Shown here in pieces: positions 1 to 12,189 of a stretch of 64,000 bases of DNA. Under the pieces are notes generated by a model. The model saw only the letters and a list, made by a program, of their open reading frames with translations. It was not told the DNA's origin and made no database searches. Each line of letters starts with the position of its first letter. Position 1 is the first letter of the stretch. The stretch is from Mustelus asterias. Taxonomy: Eukaryota. The position numbers and the translations under genes were made by a program. The stretch is taken from positions 84,568,001 to 84,632,000 of the forward strand of contig NC_135801.1 of the NCBI RefSeq assembly GCF_964213995.1, written 5' to 3'.

Positions 1-631
1 CCTCACTACCCACTCCCCTCCCCCACCACACATAATTGCTAACCCCCTCCCCCGGCACAGCCCCCTCACATGGGCTGATACTATCAGATTGGCACAGTGC
101 AGGGGATTGTGCCAGGGCACTGCCCTGACATGCCCCCCCCCCCTCCCCCTGGCGAGCTATACTTAGCTTTGTGCCTCCAGGGGGATCTCCTCAACTGAAT
201 CTAATTTTCAAAAAGCTGTTGTAAACCTCGCCGACGTGATGTGATGTTGGTAAGGTTTGAATATTCAGTGAGGGGGGATGATCTGGCAGGGTGGCTGGAT
301 AATAATATTAAAATGTATTTAAATCTATTGAAATCAGGTTCTTGTCCTTTGTATGAGTGAACCTCGTAACATCACCAGCGAGCGGCAGGGAAAATTGAGA
401 AACATAATCGCTCCGGAGAGAATCACGTTTTCTGATTCTCTCTGGATTTTCCACCCTCATTGCCGTTCTCTCTGACGGCTAAGGTGGGCTGAATGTCTCC
501 CAGTAATCCATTGTAACATCTAATCCCCGAGTGGAGATTACTACTTTGTAATCACTGCAATATCTATTTGTTCATTACACAAACAGATTATTGAATTCAC
601 AAGGTCTGTTAGTTCATACTGTTCCCACTGG

Positions 632-1287
632 AATGACAGAGGTTGACCTGAAAGAAGTCATAGAATCATAGAAACCCTACAGTGCAGAAAGAGGCCATCT
701 GGCCCATCGAGTCTGCACTGACCACAATCCCACCCAGACCCTACCCCCATATCCCTACATATTTACCCACTGATCCCTCTAACCTACGCATCTCAGAACA
801 CTAAGGGGCAATTTTAGCATGGCCAATCAACCTAACCCGCACATCTTTAGACATCTACAAAATTAGAAGTCTACAAAATTAGAAAGTTAAATTAAAAATT
901 TAAAGTTAATTAAAAATTAGAAATTAGAAGTCTACAAAATTATGAGGGGCATGAACAGAGTGGATAGTCAGAAGCTTTTTCCCAGGGTGGAAGATTTAAT
1001 TACGAGGGGGCACAGGTTTAAGGCGATGGAGAAGGTTTAAAGGAGATGTTCAAGGCAAGTTCTTTTTTACACAGAGGGTGCCTGGAACTCGCTTCCAGGG
1101 GAGGTAGTGGAAGCAGATACGATAGTGACTTTTAAGGGGCATCTGAACAAATACGTGAATAGGATGGGAATAGAAGGATATGGTCCCCTTAAGGGTAGGG
1201 GTTTTTAGTTCACATGGGCAGCATGGTCGATGCAGGCTTGGAGGGCCGAAGGGCCTTTTCCTGTGCTGTAATTTTCTTTGTTCTTTG
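632..1287 (+). mobile_element. CR1 3'-end fragment interrupted by a SINE
   Basis: gaagtctacaaaattatgaggggcat...tttttacacagagggtg...ggccgaagggcc...ctgtgctgtaa, then a (ttctttg)n tail. Confidence 0.85.
659..850 (-). mobile_element. HE1-type V-SINE, 5'-truncated
   Basis: Tail (tctatgat)n and body match the other copies in the window. Confidence 0.85.
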
Positions 1288-1419
1288 ATATAGTGCTGAA
1301 AATTTCAAGCAGTCATTTCAGTTAGTGCATAGATCAAGCATTATTTTAAATGTTAAAAATAGGCATTCTTGTAAATACCTCCACCAGGTGCTCAGCACAT
1401 TTCCCCACTGTCACATTCA

Positions 1420-1587
<168 letters not shown>

Positions 1588-1743
1588 CTAATTTAAAAAT
1601 ACATACAATGCATATTAGTTTAGACAGCATAAGCAACAGCAATTTACAGAGAAATACATTTCTGAGTCATTTGATGCCTCACAAAGTAATTTTGTTACAA
1701 ATTGCTGAACATAACTGAAATTCGGGCCTTTAAAAGTTTTTAT

Positions 1744-2014
1744 GGGCGGCACAGTGGTTAGCGCTGCTGCCTCACAGCACCAGGGACCCGGGTAAAATTC
1801 CAACCTCGTTTGACTGTCAGTGTGGAGTTTGTGTGGTTTTCATCCGGGTGCTCCAGTTTCATCCCACAGTCCAAAGATGTGCGGGTTAGATTAATTGGAC
1901 ATGCTAAACTGCCCCTTAGTGTCAGGGTTATGGATACAGGCCTGGGTGGGATTGTTGTTGGTGTAGGCTTGATGGGCTGAATGACCTCCTTCAGCACTGT
2001 AGGGATTCTGTGAT
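1744..2014 (+). mobile_element. HE1-type tRNA-derived V-SINE (diverged)
   Basis: A box ggcacagtggttagc, V-domain gggtgctccagtttcatcccaca, CR1-like tail. Confidence 0.85.
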
Positions 2015-2492
2015 TTAAATAATTTGATGTGCAATTCCCACATTCTTTAATCTTCAGTGGTGCTTCCTACTCCAGATGTGGTTTAGCACCGACCCAAATG
2101 GAAAAATCTCTGTCATTAAGCGATTTTGACATTTGAGAACAGAGTCAAGTGCCTTCAGGACATGTGAGCATGCTGCATGTCCTGAACGTCACAAGAGAGA
2201 CAACATCAACCTAGACTGTAATTTTTTTTACATACTGAACACCCATTCATTGAATCAATGGGAAAATCCATCATCCCTTTATCCATTTCCAGATCATTGT
2301 TTGCTTCCATCCTTAATTCCCCCTATTTTGCCCTATGTTTTTTGCCACTTACTAACCACTAAAAACTTCAAATAGTTTCAGAACTTTGTCATTAATGGTT
2401 ACCAATTACTGTGCCCCAGCAAACTGACTGGAATAGCCTTGTCTCCTTTATCAACCCTCTATATAGCCTTGCACTCTGTCATATATACAAGT

Positions 2493-3496
2493 GATGTGGA
2501 GATGCCGGCGTTGGACTGGGGTAAACACAGTAAGAAGTTTAACAACACCAGGTTAAAGTCAAACAGGTTTATTTGGTAGCAAAAGCCACACAAGCTTTCG
2601 GAGCTGCAAGCCCCTTCTTCAGGTGAGTGGGAATTCTGTTCACAAACAGAGCATATATATCTCGCCAAGGCCATCCCCACACCCCCACTTCTTGCCTTCA
2701 AACAACCGCACAACCTCAAACAGACCATTGTCCGCAGCAAACTACCCAGCCTTCAGGAGAACAGTGACCATGACACCACACAACCCTGCCACAGCAACCT
2801 CTGCAAGACGTGCCGGATCATCGACACAGATGCCATCATCTCACGTGAAAACACAATCTACCAGGTACACGGTACATACTCTTGCAATTCGGCCAACGTT
2901 GTCTACCTGATACGCTGCAAGAAAGGATGTCCCGAGGCATAGTACATTGGGGAAACTATGCAGACGCTGCGACAACGGATGAATGAACACCGCTCGACAA
3001 TCACCAGGCAAGACTGTTCTCTTCCTGTTGGGGAGCACTTCAGCGGTCACGGGCATTCGGCCTCTGATATTCGGGTAAGCGTTCTCCAAGGCGGCCTTCG
3101 CGACACACGACGGCGCAGAGTCGCTGAGCAGAAACTGATAGCCAAGTTCCGCACACACGAGGACGGCCTCAACCGGGATATTGGGTTCATGGCACACTAT
3201 TTGTAACCCCCACAGAGTTTCACTGGCTGTCTTGTCTGCAGACAATACACATCTTTTTAGCCTGTCTTGATGCTCTCTCCACTCACATTGTTTTGTTTCT
3301 TAAAGACTTGATTAGTTGTAAGTATTCGCATTCCAACCATTATTCATGTAAATTGAGTTTGTGGCTTTATATGCTCTGTTTGTGAACAGAATTCCCACTC
3401 ACCTGAAGAAGGGGCTTGCAGCTCCGAAAGCTTGTGTGGCTTTTGCTACCAAATAAACCTGTTGGACTTTAACCTGGTGTTGTTAAACTTCTTACT
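2493..3496 (+). mobile_element. Penelope-like element (GIY-YIG, Neptune-like Cys linker), truncated, with inverted pLTR
   Basis: PCHSNLCKTC...VVYLIRC...YIGET endonuclease remnant, with a premature TAG near 2940. Inverted arms at about 2530-2657 and 3368-3496. TSD atatatacaagt at 2481-2492 and 3497-3508. Confidence 0.92.
3395..3439 (+). ncRNA. Minimal hammerhead ribozyme motif (antisense copy at about 2585-2630)
   Basis: cac-CTGAAGA-a-ggggc(ttgca)gctcc-GAAA-gc-TT-gtg. Confidence 0.75.
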
Positions 3497-3569
3497 ATAT
3501 ATACAAGTCTCAGCTCAAACCCTTCAATCCAATCCCCTAACTCCAGGCTACTGTTAGCTCCAGGCTACT

Positions 3570-3697
3570 GGGGTGGCACAGTGGTTAGCACTGCTGCCTC
3601 ACAGCGCCAGGGACCCAGGTTCGATTCCCGACCTCTGGTCACTGTGCGGAGTCTGCACGTTCCCCCCGTGGGTTTCCTCCGGGTGCTCCGGTTTCCT
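3570..3697 (+). mobile_element. HE1-type SINE 5' half, followed by a CR1 3' end to about 3847
   Basis: A box and B box ggttcgattcc. The V-domain is truncated. Confidence 0.8.
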
Positions 3698-3982
3698 TCT
3701 TTTTGATCTACAAGGCAGTCAAAACTTAGCGGTGAAAGACTGCGAAGTAGAGTTGAGACCACAATCAGATCAACCATGATCTGACTGAATGGGGGAGCAG
3801 GCTCGAGGGGCTGAATGTTCTACTGCTCCTGTTTCTTATGTTCTTATCCCTAGTCTCTTCATCACAAAAGTAGATGATCTGGTCACTACCACATTTCTGC
3901 CTCTGGGAGCTTGCTGTGAATAAACTGGCTGCATGTTTACTACATTACACTTCAAAAGTAAAATACTGGTTATGATGTCTTC

Positions 3983-4329
3983 ATAGAAATCATAGAAACC
4001 CTACAGTACGGAAAGAGGCCATTCGGCCCATCGAGTCTGCACTGATCACAATCCCACCCAGGCCCTACCCCCATATCCCTACATATTTTACGCACTAATC
4101 CCTCTAATCTACACATCCCAGGACACTAAGGGGCAATTTTAGCATGGCCAATCAACCTAACCCGCACATCTTTGGACTGTGGGAGGAAACCGGAGCACCC
4201 GGAGGAAACCCACGCAGACACGAGGAGAATGTGCAAACTCCACACAGACAGTGACCCAAGCCGGGAATCGAACCCAGGTTCCTGGAGCTGTGAAGCAGCA
4301 GTGCTAACCACTGTGCTACCGTGCCACCC
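3983..4329 (-). mobile_element. HE1-type V-SINE, full length, young
   Basis: A and B boxes, V-domain and tail. TSD tgtcttc at 3976-3982 and 4330-4336. Confidence 0.93.
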
Positions 4330-4539
4330 TGTCTTCTGGCAGTGAAAGGCACTACATAATTGCAAGGATTTCTTTCCTTGTTCTTTTGAGACTCATAAAA
4401 ACCCTCTCTTTGACCGAGTTTCTGACCACTTGCCTTAATACCTCTGCATGTGGATCGGTGTCAAATTATGCTCTATGAATTCAACTCCTGTTAATTATTT
4501 TGCACCTTTATTATGTCAAAGATGCTATATGGATGCATG

Positions 4540-4825
4540 TATAGAATCAGAGTACAGAAGGAGGCCTTTCAGCCCACCAACCACAATCTCACCCAGGCCC
4601 TAACCCCAAAACCCCATGCATTTACCATAGCTAGTCCCCCTGACACTAAGGGGCAATTTAGCATGGCCAATGGACCTAACCTGCACATCTTTGGAGTATG
4701 GGAGGAAACCGGAACACCCGGAGGAAACCCACACAGAAACGGGGAGAACGTGCAGACTCCGGACAGGCAGTGAGCCAAGCCAGGAATCGAACCTGGATCC
4801 CCGGCGCCGTGAGGCAGCAATGCCG
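4540..4825 (-). mobile_element. HE1-type V-SINE (older subfamily)
   Basis: Colinear similarity to the 3983-4329 copy. Confidence 0.85.
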
Positions 4826-5298
4826 TGTTGTTGAGAAAAATGTAGAACTATGCACCAGCAAAACCTGAACAATAACTAGATTCAGAAACTTGGAAAACAA
4901 AGATGCATGAATCTGTAATAAAATCTGTGCCGATCGAGAGTGCAACTGCAGGAGGGTTTCTCTAAGTTCTCTGTTAAACTGTAGCAGTGCATTACATGGG
5001 CTATGGACATTCTAGGATTATTGCCCCATAACCTCGCTTTCAGGGATATTTTAAAGATAACTGTTCGCTGCCATGGAGCAGCAATTCCTTTTCTTACTGT
5101 GGGAAATGCCAATATTAAATATGGTGCTGTAACTGCCTACAGGAACAACAACAGGAACAGCAGCAAGCGGAAGCAGTTCCGAGTTGAAGAGTCCTCGTGT
5201 GTTCCTCTTTGCACTGGGATACGAGCACCCTTAGCTACTCCATCCTCTAAAATAGACGCCTTGCGCTGTAAAGTTACCGCTCGCTGCCTTCCCTTTAC

Positions 5299-5382
5299 CT
5301 TTACAAAGGAGATTGGTGTTGTGGTCCCCTCGATATCCAGCAGAAACACTTTGATTGCCGGAGGAACAGCAGTTGGCACCAT
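5299..5382 (-). CDS. ENOPH1: Enolase-phosphatase E1, coding exon 1
   Basis: Translates MVPTAVPPAIKVFLLDIEGTTTPISFVK with HAD motif I (DIEGTTT). Ends at donor AAG|GTAAAG. 84 nt, phase 0. Confidence 0.96.
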
Positions 5383-5997
5383 GACTGTATAGCTATAGCT
5401 CTTTCTTACAACTGCAATCCGGTGTCTCAGCGCAAGGCGGCAGCTATCTCACCATAAGGGAACTGGCGAGCTCTTAGCCGGCAGAAACTCTCAGAGGAAT
5501 CAAGCGCCTACTCAGTAGCGATACTTTTCTTCTTCAGTCACTGGAATTGTTGATCTTATTTTTAAAATAATGTTAAAACAGCTCTACATCGGAGTATATT
5601 TGCCATCAGCACTTCCTTGGTACATTTCGAACCAGCCTGAATGCCAGTTGTTGACAAGAACCTATTTCCTTGACCCAATTAAGGATTGTTGTGTTCCACT
5701 TCACTTGTCAGTGATCTGTCCCACATTTCATTAAAGAAATTTCTCCTACACTTCCTATTTCCTTAGTTTCTAAACTTGACCCAATGAGTTTACATTATGT
5801 ACAAGGCCAGTGAGCTAATTTGGATCCAATTTGTCCCAACCTTTTATCATTTTTAACACCACTATCATAGCCCCTTTCCATGTTCTTTTTTTCAGGAGGG
5901 AACCATTGAAAAGGTTGTCAGTCTTGCCTAATAAACTGTTCCCTTGTTTTCTGGGTTCAACTGTGCAGCCCTTGTGTATATATCCTCTCCAATCTCA

Positions 5998-6350
5998 CTG
6001 AGGTGTACAAAATTCTTACAGGGCTTGACAGGGTAGATACAGGAACGTATGTTTCCCCTGGTTGGGGACGCAGTCTCAGAATAAGAAGTAGGCCATTTAG
6101 GATTGAGATTGGGAGGATTTTCTTCAGTCAGAGGGTAGTAAATCTTTAAAATTCTCTACCTAGTCAGAGGGCTTTGGAGGCTCAGTCATTGAGTATGTTT
6201 AAAGTTGAGATTGATAGATTTCTAGATACCAATTGCATCAAGGGGTACTGAGGAAAGATGGTGCTGAGGTAAAAGATCAGCCATGATCTAGTAGTTCTGG
6301 TTCTTTGTAGTGGGCTTGAGGGGCTAAATGGCCTGCTCCTATGTTTCTAT
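5998..6350 (+). mobile_element. CR1 3'-end fragment
   Basis: gaggtgtacaaaattcttacagggcttgacagggtag...gatcagccatgatc...ggcctgctcctatg. Confidence 0.75.
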
Positions 6351-7199
6351 CCCCTCATTTTTCAATAGAGAACAAAATTGCATCAATAACCCCTGAGAAT
6401 ATTGTGCTGATGACTTTAGTGACCTACCAACTAAAACAGCCAAATGTTTCTCCTACACCTCAGGCATATTCCCAGTTCAGAAGATAACCCATATCAATCC
6501 CCCTGCTTCCAAAGTTCACCATTTTTATCTTCCTATATTAAATTACTATTTCTCCAACCACTGATGGAGCTTGTCAATATCCTTTTGAATTTTGAGGCTT
6601 GTACTCTCCATAAACTTGAGCTTTCCAAAACTTTGCTGCCCGTCTCCTATTTTGCATGCAATTCTGTTCAGGCTTGCCAACCTATACTGGCACCTCGTCT
6701 GGCAGCTTCTCCATTTTAAAATTCTCATCCTTGTTTTGAAATCCCTCTAAGAATCCCTCCCTCCTTATCTCTTCTGAGACATCTGCACTACTTCAATTCC
6801 AGCCTCTTGTGAATCCCCATTGTCATGGTTCGACCATTGGCAACTATCAGACATCAATAATCTGATATTTGCATGCACTTCCAATTATCCATTCTAAAAT
6901 CCTATGTCAAGATTTTTAAAGAAACTGGCTAAGTGAACTTGTCACACAAAGTATCTTGACCCCAACCTTCCCATTAACATTATCACTGGCAGATAACATC
7001 ACAACTATACATGAAAAGTTATATTCCTGTGGAAATAGGTAGGTAATTAACCTTAGATACACAAAGAACCATAGACATTTCTGTCCATTAGAGAGAGAGA
7101 GACAATTGGTTATGTATCTTGAGGGGCACTACCTTAAGCACGGGGCAAACTAAGAAGGCAGGCCTACATGAGCTACCATAACTGGCCTGGGAATTGTTG

Positions 7200-8113
7200 T
7201 CATGATGTGGAGATGCCAGCGTTGGACTGGGGTAAACACAATAAGAAGTCTCACAACACCAGGTTAAAGTCCAACAGGTTAATTTGGTAGCAAAAGCCTC
7301 TAGCTTTCGGAGCGCTGCCCCTTCGTCAGGTGAGTGGGAGTTCTGTTCACAAACAGGGCATATAAAGACACAAACTCAATTTACAAAATAATGATTGGAA
7401 TGCGAGTCTTTGCAGGTAATCAAGTCTTAAAGGTACAGACAATGTGAGTGGAGAGAACGTTAAGCACAGGTTAAAGAGATGTGTATTGTCTCCAGACAGG
7501 ACAGTTAGGGAGATTTTGCAAGCCCAGGCAAGTCGTGGGGGTTACAGATAGTGTGACATGAACCCAAGATCCCGGTTGAGGCTGTCCTCATGTGTGCGGA
7601 ACTTGGCTATCAGTTTCTGCTCAGTGACTCTGCGTTGTCGCGTGTCGTGAAGGCCGCCTTTGGAGCGTTCTCCAAGGCAGCCTTCACGACACATGACAAC
7701 GCAGAGTTACTGAGCAGAGACTCATAGCCAAGTTCCGCACACATGAGGACGGCCTCAACCAGGATCTTGGGTTCATGTCACACTATCTGTAACCCCCACG
7801 ACTTGTCTGGGCTTGCAAAATCTCACTAACTGTCCTGTCTGGAGACAATACACATCTCTCTAACCTGTGCTTAACGTCCTCTCCACTCACATTGTCTGTA
7901 CTTTTAAGACTTGATTACCTGTAAAGACTCGCATTCCAATCATTATTTTGTGTCTTTGTGTCTTTGTGTCACAAAATTGATTTGTGTCTTTATATGTCCT
8001 GTTTGTGAACAGAACTCCCACTCACCTGACGAAGGGGCAGCACTCCGAAAGCTAGTGGCTTTTGCTACCAATTAAACCTGTTGGACTTTAACCTGGTGTT
8101 GTGAGACTTCTTA
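7200..8113. mobile_element. Penelope-like element fold-back copy (inverted arms of about 420 bp)
   Basis: Antisense 3' end followed by a sense copy, turning at ttggag-cgtt-ctccaa (about 7660-7675). TSD ctgggaattgttg at 7187-7199 and 8114-8126. Inserted in an older tRNA-headed SINE. Confidence 0.92.
8022..8058 (+). ncRNA. Minimal hammerhead ribozyme motif (antisense copy at about 7297-7335)
   Basis: tcac-CTGACGA-a-ggggc(agc)actcc-GAAA-gc-TA-gtgg. Confidence 0.72.
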
Positions 8114-8254
8114 CTGGGAATTGTTGGCATTATATTCTACTCCAGCCATCCAGCTAACTGAGCTAACTAATCCCCACCCTGTGCCTATAGGAACTTGAAA
8201 TTTAAATATAAAATAACATAGAACTTTAAAACAGATCAATTACTCAAGTTCACA

Positions 8255-9388
8255 TTTTTAATGTTTTTCTACTCATTTGCAGAATGTGGCATTTATTGCC
8301 CATTCCAAATTGTCCTTGAGAAAATGATACACCATTTTTTTGAATTGATGCAGTCTAAGTGGTGAATATACTATCACAGTGCTGTTAAGTAGAATTTGAT
8401 TCAGTGATGAAGAAACGGTGATGTACTTCCAAGTTAGGACAGTGTGCTACTTTGAGGGGAACTTTCAGGTGGTGGTGCTCCTATTTGCTTGATAGCCTTG
8501 TTCTTCGAGGTGATGAGGTTGTAAGTTGGGAAGGTGCTGTCAAAGAAACCTTGGCAAGTTACTGCAGAGTATTTTGTAGATGGTATATGCTGCAACCACA
8601 TTGTTCTCATGATGGAGGGAATGAGGCTGGTGGATGGGGTACTCATCAGGCTGCTTTTGTTCTTGATGGTGTCAAGCTTCTTCTGTGTTGTTGGAGCTTC
8701 ACTCATTCAGACAAGTGGAGAATATTCCATCACACTCCTGACTTGTGCCTTATATAAGGTAGAAAAGCTTTGCAGAATCAGGAGTTGAGTTACCCACTCC
8801 AGAATACCCAGCCATTGACCTGCTCTTGTTGCTGATGTATTTATATGGCTGGTCCAGTTAATTTTCTGGACAATGGTGACCCACAGGATGTTGATAGTGG
8901 GTGATTTCATGATGGCAATGCTATTTAATGTCCAAGAAAAATGGCTAGATACTCCCTTGTTGGAAATAATCTGAATGTTATTCTGGTCTTGCTGCAGTCA
9001 AGGCACTGTTTCATTATTTGAGTAATTGTGAATGGTGCCAAACATTGTGCAATCATCAACAAATATTCCCATTTCAGACCTTATGATGGAGGGAAGGTAA
9101 TTAATGAAACAGCTGAAGATGTTTGCAACTAGAGGCCAACCCTAACAAACTCCGACAGTAATGTTCTGGAATTGAGATGATTGGCTGCAGCAACCACAAT
9201 CCTCTCCCTTTATACTCGGTATGACTCCAACCAGTGGAGAGATTCCTTCAATTACCATTGATTTCAATTTTACTATGCTTCTTTTGTTCCACACTTGGTC
9301 AAATGCTGCCTTGATGTCAAGGGTATGTCACTCTCACACACATCTAGAATTCAGCCATTTTGTTAATGTTTGTACCAAGGATGTAATA
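8255..9388 (-). mobile_element. CR1-group LINE, family B (RT 3' part), decayed
   Basis: ORF 8707-8910 reads LSTLYKAQVRSVMEYSPL-like (FSTLYKAQVRSVMEYSPL). Colinear with the copy at 59452-61213. Confidence 0.75.
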
Positions 9389-11589
9389 AGGGCCGGCGTT
9401 TTCCAGACCCCTCGTACTGGGTTTCCCCATAGCAGATACAGTGAGTCATTGGCTACAGGTGAGATCTTCTGGTCCTGCTAAAATCTATTGGCTTTTGCGT
9501 GGCTTGCCTGCCTCACTGCTGGAGAACCCATCACGAGTGGTCAACTCCAGCAGGACCAGAAGATCCTGCTGGCTGGAGGGACTGGAAAAACCCACCCAAA
9601 ATCATGGAGCCTTTAATTTCACACTACCATTCATGGCTGGATGTGATAGCTTTTGACTTGATTACATAATCACTTAGCTGAAAGGAAAAAGTCTTGCATT
9701 TCTACAGCACCTTTCACAATCTCGGCATGCCCCAAATGACTTTAGCCATTTAAGTACCTTTTGAAGTATTGCCATTGTTGTAGTGTCCATAGCATTCTGC
9801 ACCTGCTGTTTAGCATGCATGTAATCCTGAATTGCGGTTTCACCAAGTTGGCAGCTTATTTTCAGGAAGGCATGGTGCTGTTCATAACATACATACACTT
9901 TTATACTCCTCACTGAAGTAGGCTCGGCCAGCTGGCTGAATGATAAACAACAACTTTTATTTATCTAGCACCTTTAACATAGTAAAATGTTCTAAGGCAC
10001 TTCACAAGAGTGTTGAAAAGCAAAACTTGACACCAAGCCACATAACACCATATTCAGTCAGAAGACCAAAACCATAGATTAAGAGGTAGTTTTAAAGCAG
10101 CCCCTTAAGGGAGAAAGGAGAGGTAGGCAGGGCGATTCATAGAGTGAATCGCAGAGCTTGGGGCTTTGGCAACTGAAGACACGGCCTCAATGGTGCAGCA
10201 ATTAACCTCAGATATGCTCAAGAAGCCAGAATTAGATGAGCACTGACTTCTCAGAGAGTTGCGGGTTGGAAGAGATTACAGAGATGGGGAGGGGTAAGGG
10301 GGGGCCATTGAGGAACTTGAAAACAAGGATTTCAAATATGTTGCTTACCTGGGAGCCAGTGTAGGTCAGCGAGCACGGTTAAGTAATAGTAGAGTGAGAG
10401 ATATGTCAGGCCATGTGGTTACAGATTGTAGTGGAATACAATTCTCAGATAACCATTTTGAGTTGATGGAACTGTTCTGAATCTATTCCATTTAGCATGA
10501 CCTGATGGTGTAGCACGATTGCAAAGGTTTGACACCTGCTAAGGACAGCAGATTTCCTTCCCTTCACAGTAACTTCATTGGAGTGTTAATGTAAGGCTAT
10601 TTGTGACATTAATAAATAAACCTTAAACTTTAAACATCAGTGAACCAATTGGGTTTTTAAGACGATCTATTAACTTCATGGTCACCATTATATTACCAGC
10701 CTTTTACTGCAGTGTTATTTAATTAACTGCATTCAAATTCACAAGCTTGAACTCGCATCTCCAGATTAGTAGTCCAAACATCTGGATCTCTGGTCCGGCA
10801 ACATAGCCACTAGTGCACCATCTGATGCTTTATTCAGATAATGATTAAGAATAAGGTTGTCATTTGGCCCATGCCATAGCATATAAGGCTACAGACCAAA
10901 TGCTGGAAAATGGGATTAGAACAGATAGGTGCTTGATGGCTGGTGCAGACATGTTGGGCAAAAGAGCCTGTTTTTGTGCTGTACGACTCTATGGCTAGTC
11001 TATGATCTGGTTACTTACATCCAAAAAAACGTACAATTTTGCACCGGCATGCCCTTCACCCACCCTGCCATTGATGCATTCAGGCCAGCGTAGAATTTTA
11101 ATAAACCGTTTGCTACTGGCCCTTTACACAAAGGACGAGTCAAACTTGTTTGTCTTTGTGGAGCCCTCAATATTTACCCAATAGTTGCCAGCATGCAAAC
11201 AAAGTGTCCTCCTAATGAACCCACAAACCCTAATAGGATTAGCTCCAGTGGATGTTGGCAGTTACACTAGAAATATATCCTGCAAGTTTTCAAAGCCATT
11301 GTATTCATACGCGTTCAAAAGATGGAGACCACAGTTGGTTAAAATGCAGATAAGCTGATTTTAATTTTGTTTCTCTAATGACTGAAAATAAGCAATTTGT
11401 TAACCAGTCTAAGCAGTTGCTAAACAGCTCACATCCATTGTTCAAGGAAGTCTCGACTTTTGACTACCAACAGGTAAATATTAAAATGCCAGTCATTTTT
11501 CTAATAGTGTTGCAAAGACAACTAAGTTATGCAAAAGCTTTGAGGTGGTTTAAATGCAGGGAAGTACAATCGTTAGACATTACTTTAGA

Positions 11590-11970
11590 CGTTGCATTGG
11601 CTCCATGGTCACATTTGAGTCAAAGGTTGTGAATTCAAGCCTCATTCCAGAGACTGCAGACTGACAGAACTGTACTGAGGGAGATGCTGCACAGTGACAT
11701 TTTGCGATGTTAAACCAAGGCTCCACCCACTCGCGTCATGCAAAACGCAGCAGGGCGGTTCTCCCAGTATCCTGGCCGATATTTAGTTCTCAATCAACAC
11801 TTCTAAACCAGATTATTTTATCAGTAATTTCCTTGCTGTTGTGGGACTTTGCTGTGCAGGAAATAACTGCTGCATGCCGTTACCTGACAGTAATGACTAC
11901 AATTCAAATTACCTTAGTGGCAGTGAAGCTCTTTGGGATACCTGGTGAAAGGCACTACATAAATGTACGT
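11590..11970 (+). mobile_element. Ancient Deu-domain-like SINE (SacSINE1-like); relatives at about 33080-33350, 51535-52150 and 61870-62110 (minus)
   Basis: Shared blocks tgagtca-aaggttgtg..ttcaag, gtactgagggag.gctgcac, gatgttaaacc and tcctggcc. Family assignment is from memory. Confidence 0.55.
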
Positions 11971-12189
11971 TGTTCACTCACTTTGGTTGAGCAAAACAAC
12001 CTACGTGCGTGCAGATATATGGTATCTTCATTATTTACTACATAGCGAGGCAACATTGATAAAGTGCACTTGATGATTAAAATGGTTATATATGAAATGA
12101 GGCAGTCTAGTAATTCATATCATAAATTGTTGATCAGCTTGCAAAATAACTGAACAAACAAGCGTGCAAGACACAGTTATCCAGGTTCA

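Noticed and set aside
3983-4329. tRNA genes, or small proteins such as GGTVAQWLALLLHS
   Set aside because: The A/B boxes belong to multicopy SINE heads with V-domain and LINE-like tails. The ORFs recur in every SINE copy.
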